DNA of 64,000 nucleotides, from the NCBI GenBank assembly GCA_040776945.1, contig JAXGZN010000002.1, positions 448,001 to 512,000 on the forward strand, in the 5' to 3' direction. A program made the position numbers and the translations under genes. How positions within the stretch are numbered: position 1 is the stretch's first letter; the number at the start of each line of letters is the position of its first letter. Under the pieces are notes generated by a model, which searched no databases, was not told where the DNA came from, and saw only the letters and a list, made by a program, of their open reading frames with translations. Shown piece by piece: positions 60,601 through 64,000 of this stretch. The DNA comes from Methanomassiliicoccaceae archaeon. GTDB lineage: Archaea; Thermoplasmatota; Thermoplasmata; Methanomassiliicoccales; Methanomassiliicoccaceae.

Positions 60601-62235
60601 TTGTTCAATATGGCGCCGGAATCAGGAGACTTCATACTCATCAAGAACGTCAGCAAGAAGTTTGGCGGCAACTATGCTCTCCGCGATGTGAGCGCGACAA
60701 TCGGTTCCGGTGAGATCCTAGGGCTCATCGGGAGGAGCGGAGCCGGAAAGTCGGTCCTCATTAACATGTTGAGGGGCTCTGCCGACTATCGGCCAGACGC
60801 TGGAAAGGTCATATACCGCTTCAATTCTTGCAAAGCATGCGGCTGGACGGAGCTGCCGTTCGATGGCATCAGATGCGGAAAGTGCGGTAGCGAGATGGAG
60901 ATAAAGGAAGTGGATTTTTGGGCCCTTGATGAAGAAGACCCATTGAGGGCTCAGATAAGAAGACGCATCGCCATCATGCTGCAGAGAACCTTCGCTCTGT
61001 TCGGGGAGATGACGGTCATCGAGAACATCTTCGAGGCTCTTGGAGAGTCGATGTCAGAAAGGGAAAGGATCGATCGGGCGCTGGAGCTTCTGAAAATGGT
61101 GAAGCTGGACCATCGCGTGACGCATATCGCCAGGGACCTTTCCGGAGGAGAGAAGCAGCGCTGCGTTTTGGCCCGCCAGCTCGCCAAGGACCCCATCCTG
61201 TTCCTCGCCGATGAGCCGACCGGTACGCTCGATCCCCAGACCGCGGAGATCGTTCACAACGTATTGGTCGATGCTGTTCATAACAAGGGTATGGCCATGG
61301 TGGTAACCTCCCACTGGCCCAAGGCCATCAACTCAATGGCGGACCGTGCGGTCTGGCTAGAATCGGGCGAGATGATGAAGATCGGGAGGCCAGAGGATGT
61401 CACCACTGAGTTCACCGTGGGCTTCGATCTGAGGACCGAGGACAAGGTGGAAATAGGCCAGCCCCTTATCAAGATCGACAACGCCCGGCGTTATTACTAT
61501 TCCTATACTCGCGGAGTGGTCAAAGCTGTCGATGACGTCAGCTTGGAGGTCGGTGAGAAGGAGATCGTCGGATTGGTTGGCCTTTCGGGGGCCGGTAAAA
61601 CGACGTTGTCCCGCATGATCGCCGGCATATGTGAGCCCTCTGGAGGCTCCATCACCGTAAGGGTCGGTGACGATTGGGTCGACATGGGGGAGCCAGGACC
61701 CGAGGGGAAGGGAAGAGCGACACAGTACATCGGACTTCTTCATCAAGAGTTCTCACTATATCCTTTTGACACCATTCTTCAGAACCTCACTGTCTGCATC
61801 GGCATGAACCTTCCCGCCGAGCTCGCGAAGATGAAGGTCATCCAAGTGTTGTTGGGGGTCGGGTTCACCCGGTTCGAGGTGGAACGGATCCTTTATGCAT
61901 ATCCGGACAACCTATCCGTAGGTGAGAAACAGAGGGTGGCGCTGGCCCAGGTGCTCATAAAGGAGCCCAGGTTGGTCATCTTGGACGAGCCGACCGGCAC
62001 CATGGATCCCATCACCAAGCTCGCAGTGGCGAAGTCGGTCCTTCATGCCCGCAAGGAGCTTGGGGAAACATTCCTTATAGTCTCCCACGATATGGACTTC
62101 GTCATCAATTGCTGCGACCGCGCTGTGCTCATGAAGGACGGCAAGGTCGTGGTGGCCGGCGATCCAAAAAAGATCGTCGAGCATCTCACACCTAGTGAGA
62201 CGGAGATCATGTTCGGGGGCGGTGCGGAAGAGTGA
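60601..62235 (+). CDS. atwA: MCR system component A2 (ABC-type ATPase)
   Basis: Two ABC cassettes, zinc motifs CxxC..Cxx[13 protein letters not shown]. Confidence 0.95.
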   Translation: MFNMAPESGDFILIKNVSKKFGGNYALRDVSATIGSGEILGLIGRSGAGKSVLINMLRGSADYRPDAGKVIYRFNSCKACGWTELPFDGIRCGKCGSEMEIKEVDFWALDEEDPLRAQIRRRIAIMLQRTFALFGEMTVIENIFEALGESMSERERIDRALELLKMVKLDHRVTHIARDLSGGEKQRCVLARQLAKDPILFLADEPTGTLDPQTAEIVHNVLVDAVHNKGMAMVVTSHWPKAINSMADRAVWLESGEMMKIGRPEDVTTEFTVGFDLRTEDKVEIGQPLIKIDNARRYYYSYTRGVVKAVDDVSLEVGEKEIVGLVGLSGAGKTTLSRMIAGICEPSGGSITVRVGDDWVDMGEPGPEGKGRATQYIGLLHQEFSLYPFDTILQNLTVCIGMNLPAELAKMKVIQVLLGVGFTRFEVERILYAYPDNLSVGEKQRVALAQVLIKEPRLVILDEPTGTMDPITKLAVAKSVLHARKELGETFLIVSHDMDFVINCCDRAVLMKDGKVVVAGDPKKIVEHLTPSETEIMFGGGAEE

Positions 62236-62834
62236 AGAATAGGATCGGAAGGCATCTCAGCTTCGTTGAGTGCCGAGAGTCCAGGGGACTAGGCGTAGGC
62301 GGAGGGCTAGCGCAGAGGGCCACAATATCTGAGAGCGGACGGGACGTTGTGGCGGTGGCCATGGGTCCCGGCAAGAGACACATCACCAAACCGGTATGCG
62401 AGATCACATATGCCCTCCGTGAAGAGGGCATAGATACCAGTGTCATCGTGGTTAACGCCGGCTCAGGTGTTCCCAGCGACGCACCGGACGTGAGCACCGG
62501 CTCCATCTTCGGGCTAGACCAGATCGAGGTCGATCGGATCCAACAGTTCAAATTAGCATTGATCCACCTGGGTAACGTCAGGAACCACATCATCTACAAG
62601 GCCAGGCTCATCCTGAGGAACGTGGACCTGCCGGCGGTCATAGTGTGCCAGGCGCCAGTGGACTTCGAGGACTTTGCCCGCATAGGGGTCAAGACCAGGC
62701 TCGTCATGCCCAGGAAGGAGGACATCGGCACCAAAGGCTCCATAGTGGACATAGTGACCGGCGTGGTCAGAGGAACCACATCTCCGCAGCACAAGCTGGA
62801 CGAGATAGTGTCTAAGGTCCGCAGGAACCTCTGA
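62232..62834 (+). CDS. mcrC: MCR operon protein C
   Basis: [33 protein letters not shown]. Confidence 0.95.
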   Translation: MKNRIGRHLSFVECRESRGLGVGGGLAQRATISESGRDVVAVAMGPGKRHITKPVCEITYALREEGIDTSVIVVNAGSGVPSDAPDVSTGSIFGLDQIEVDRIQQFKLALIHLGNVRNHIIYKARLILRNVDLPAVIVCQAPVDFEDFARIGVKTRLVMPRKEDIGTKGSIVDIVTGVVRGTTSPQHKLDEIVSKVRRNL

Positions 62835-62836
62835 AC

Positions 62837-63406
62837 TTACTTTACTAGGTCGAAGCCCACAAGGTGCGTCCAGCGCTTGGGTCCGGGGAAGCCCATGACC
62901 TCCCGTATGAAGCTGTCGGCCATGGTGGAAACGCTTCCCGCGGTCACTCTGGTGACGCCTTCGATCCCATCGAGATATTCGAAGCCGACCTCGTCGATCA
63001 AGAAGTAGGGTTCGCCGGAGATCTCTATGTCAGGATGAAGGATGAAATCCTCGGACAGGAACTTCGTGTCCGGGTTCTCCTCCAAGATCCTCGCCCTCTG
63101 TTCCGGAGTGACATATTCACCAAGCACCTGCCCCTTCTGGTCCATCATGTAGAGCAATCCGCTATTGTTGACCAGCAGGTGAACATCGCCGACGATCACC
63201 AACGAGACCTCTCGCCCCAGGGCCTCCCAGACGCCTCTGTTCACGAACGGCATCAATCCTCCGCAGGCCCCGTTCTTCTCGGCCTGGATCTCCAATTTGG
63301 TGACCTCCTCTTTAAGGGCAGGTCCCAGGAATCTCATATCAAGGACGCCTGGTATTTCCCTTATCCGGCCCTCTACCGCAGCCAGTACGGCCTCCCGATC
63401 CATCAT
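62837..63406 (-). CDS. hypothetical protein, paralog of 58044..58601
   Basis: Shared motifs with 58044..58601. Confidence 0.78.
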   Translation of the reverse strand: MMDREAVLAAVEGRIREIPGVLDMRFLGPALKEEVTKLEIQAEKNGACGGLMPFVNRGVWEALGREVSLVIVGDVHLLVNNSGLLYMMDQKGQVLGEYVTPEQRARILEENPDTKFLSEDFILHPDIEISGEPYFLIDEVGFEYLDGIEGVTRVTAGSVSTMADSFIREVMGFPGPKRWTHLVGFDLVK

Positions 63407-63524
63407 AGCTCCCCTTGGGCAGGATTAGGTCATCCGGGCCTTAATGATTTTCATTATTGGATATAACATCCTGCCAGTCGGGGATAAGGATATCTACCCC
63501 AATTTGCTTTATCAATGGGACCAG

Positions 63525-64000
63525 ATGCTTCTGAACGTTAACGGGAAGGAAAAAATGGTCAGCGAAAACGCTACGCTGGCCGAGGCTATCGCCGGGGAGC
63601 CGTACGAGGCCGGAGCCACAGTGGCGGTCACCCGTTCAACCAGCTCGATACAGAAGGAAACCAACGAGTTCGAGATCGTCACCTCAAAGGGGTCCATGTA
63701 TCTGCGGCTCAACGGGTCGACCTTCGCCGATGCATGGCGGTCCCTGGTGTCAGGGATCAAAGGGAGCAGCGTAAGGTGGCAGAGCACCAAGGTGCTCGCC
63801 ATGGGCTCGTTCCCCACGGACCTGGAGGTGGACAGGGGCCGCTATCACTACTCCAAGTATGATTGCTATTTCTCCCTTGGCGGGTTCGACAACCGATCCT
63901 CCTACATAATGATCGCGAAGGTGGACCACGACGGCATCTATGGCGCCGGGGAAGGCAAGATCGGAAGGATCACCCGGGGACGCCATCTCTTGAGGATGAT
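63525..64000 (+). CDS. methanogenesis marker protein 3 (partial, runs off window)
   Basis: Not in ORF track. Manual translation MLLNVNGKEK...EIVTSKG...VRWQS...FSLGGFD...HDGIYG...IGRITRGRH; adjacent to atwA-mcrC. Confidence 0.82.
   Translation, partial: MLLNVNGKEKMVSENATLAEAIAGEPYEAGATVAVTRSTSSIQKETNEFEIVTSKGSMYLRLNGSTFADAWRSLVSGIKGSSVRWQSTKVLAMGSFPTDLEVDRGRYHYSKYDCYFSLGGFDNRSSYIMIAKVDHDGIYGAGEGKIGRITRGRHLLRM

Noticed and set aside
1-64000. CRISPR arrays, rRNA, IS elements, inteins
   Set aside because: No regularly spaced repeats, rRNA signatures, transposases or intein-sized insertions noticed

Overview
64-kb GC-rich archaeal chromosomal segment from a methanogen. The gene order (mcrBDGA, with mcrC relocated next to atwA) and the methylotrophy genes (corrinoid protein, mtaA, ramA) point to Methanomassiliicoccales; this assignment is an inference. 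Left part: anaerobic cobalamin genes (cbiT-L-F-G-H), an ECF Ni/Co transporter, two geranylgeranyl-reductase-like genes and cobO. Middle: housekeeping, transport and repair genes (ABC exporters, sepF, rtcB, tRNA-His, argF, a RecJ-like gene, a stand-alone LigD polymerase domain, fprA). Right part: the MCR cluster (SAM methyltransferase, ycaO-tfuA, mcrBDGA, atwA-mcrC, marker 3). The main unexplained signal is a 15-bp palindrome, TGGAT(G/T)-N3-CATCCA, found in five promoter regions: the cbi operon, cobO, the corrinoid protein gene, mcrB, and the promoter of a wHTH/DUF4443-DUF2111 gene inside the MCR cluster. This suggests an autoregulated transcription factor coordinating MCR with corrinoid supply. 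All calls come from reading the sequence by eye; no database searches were run.
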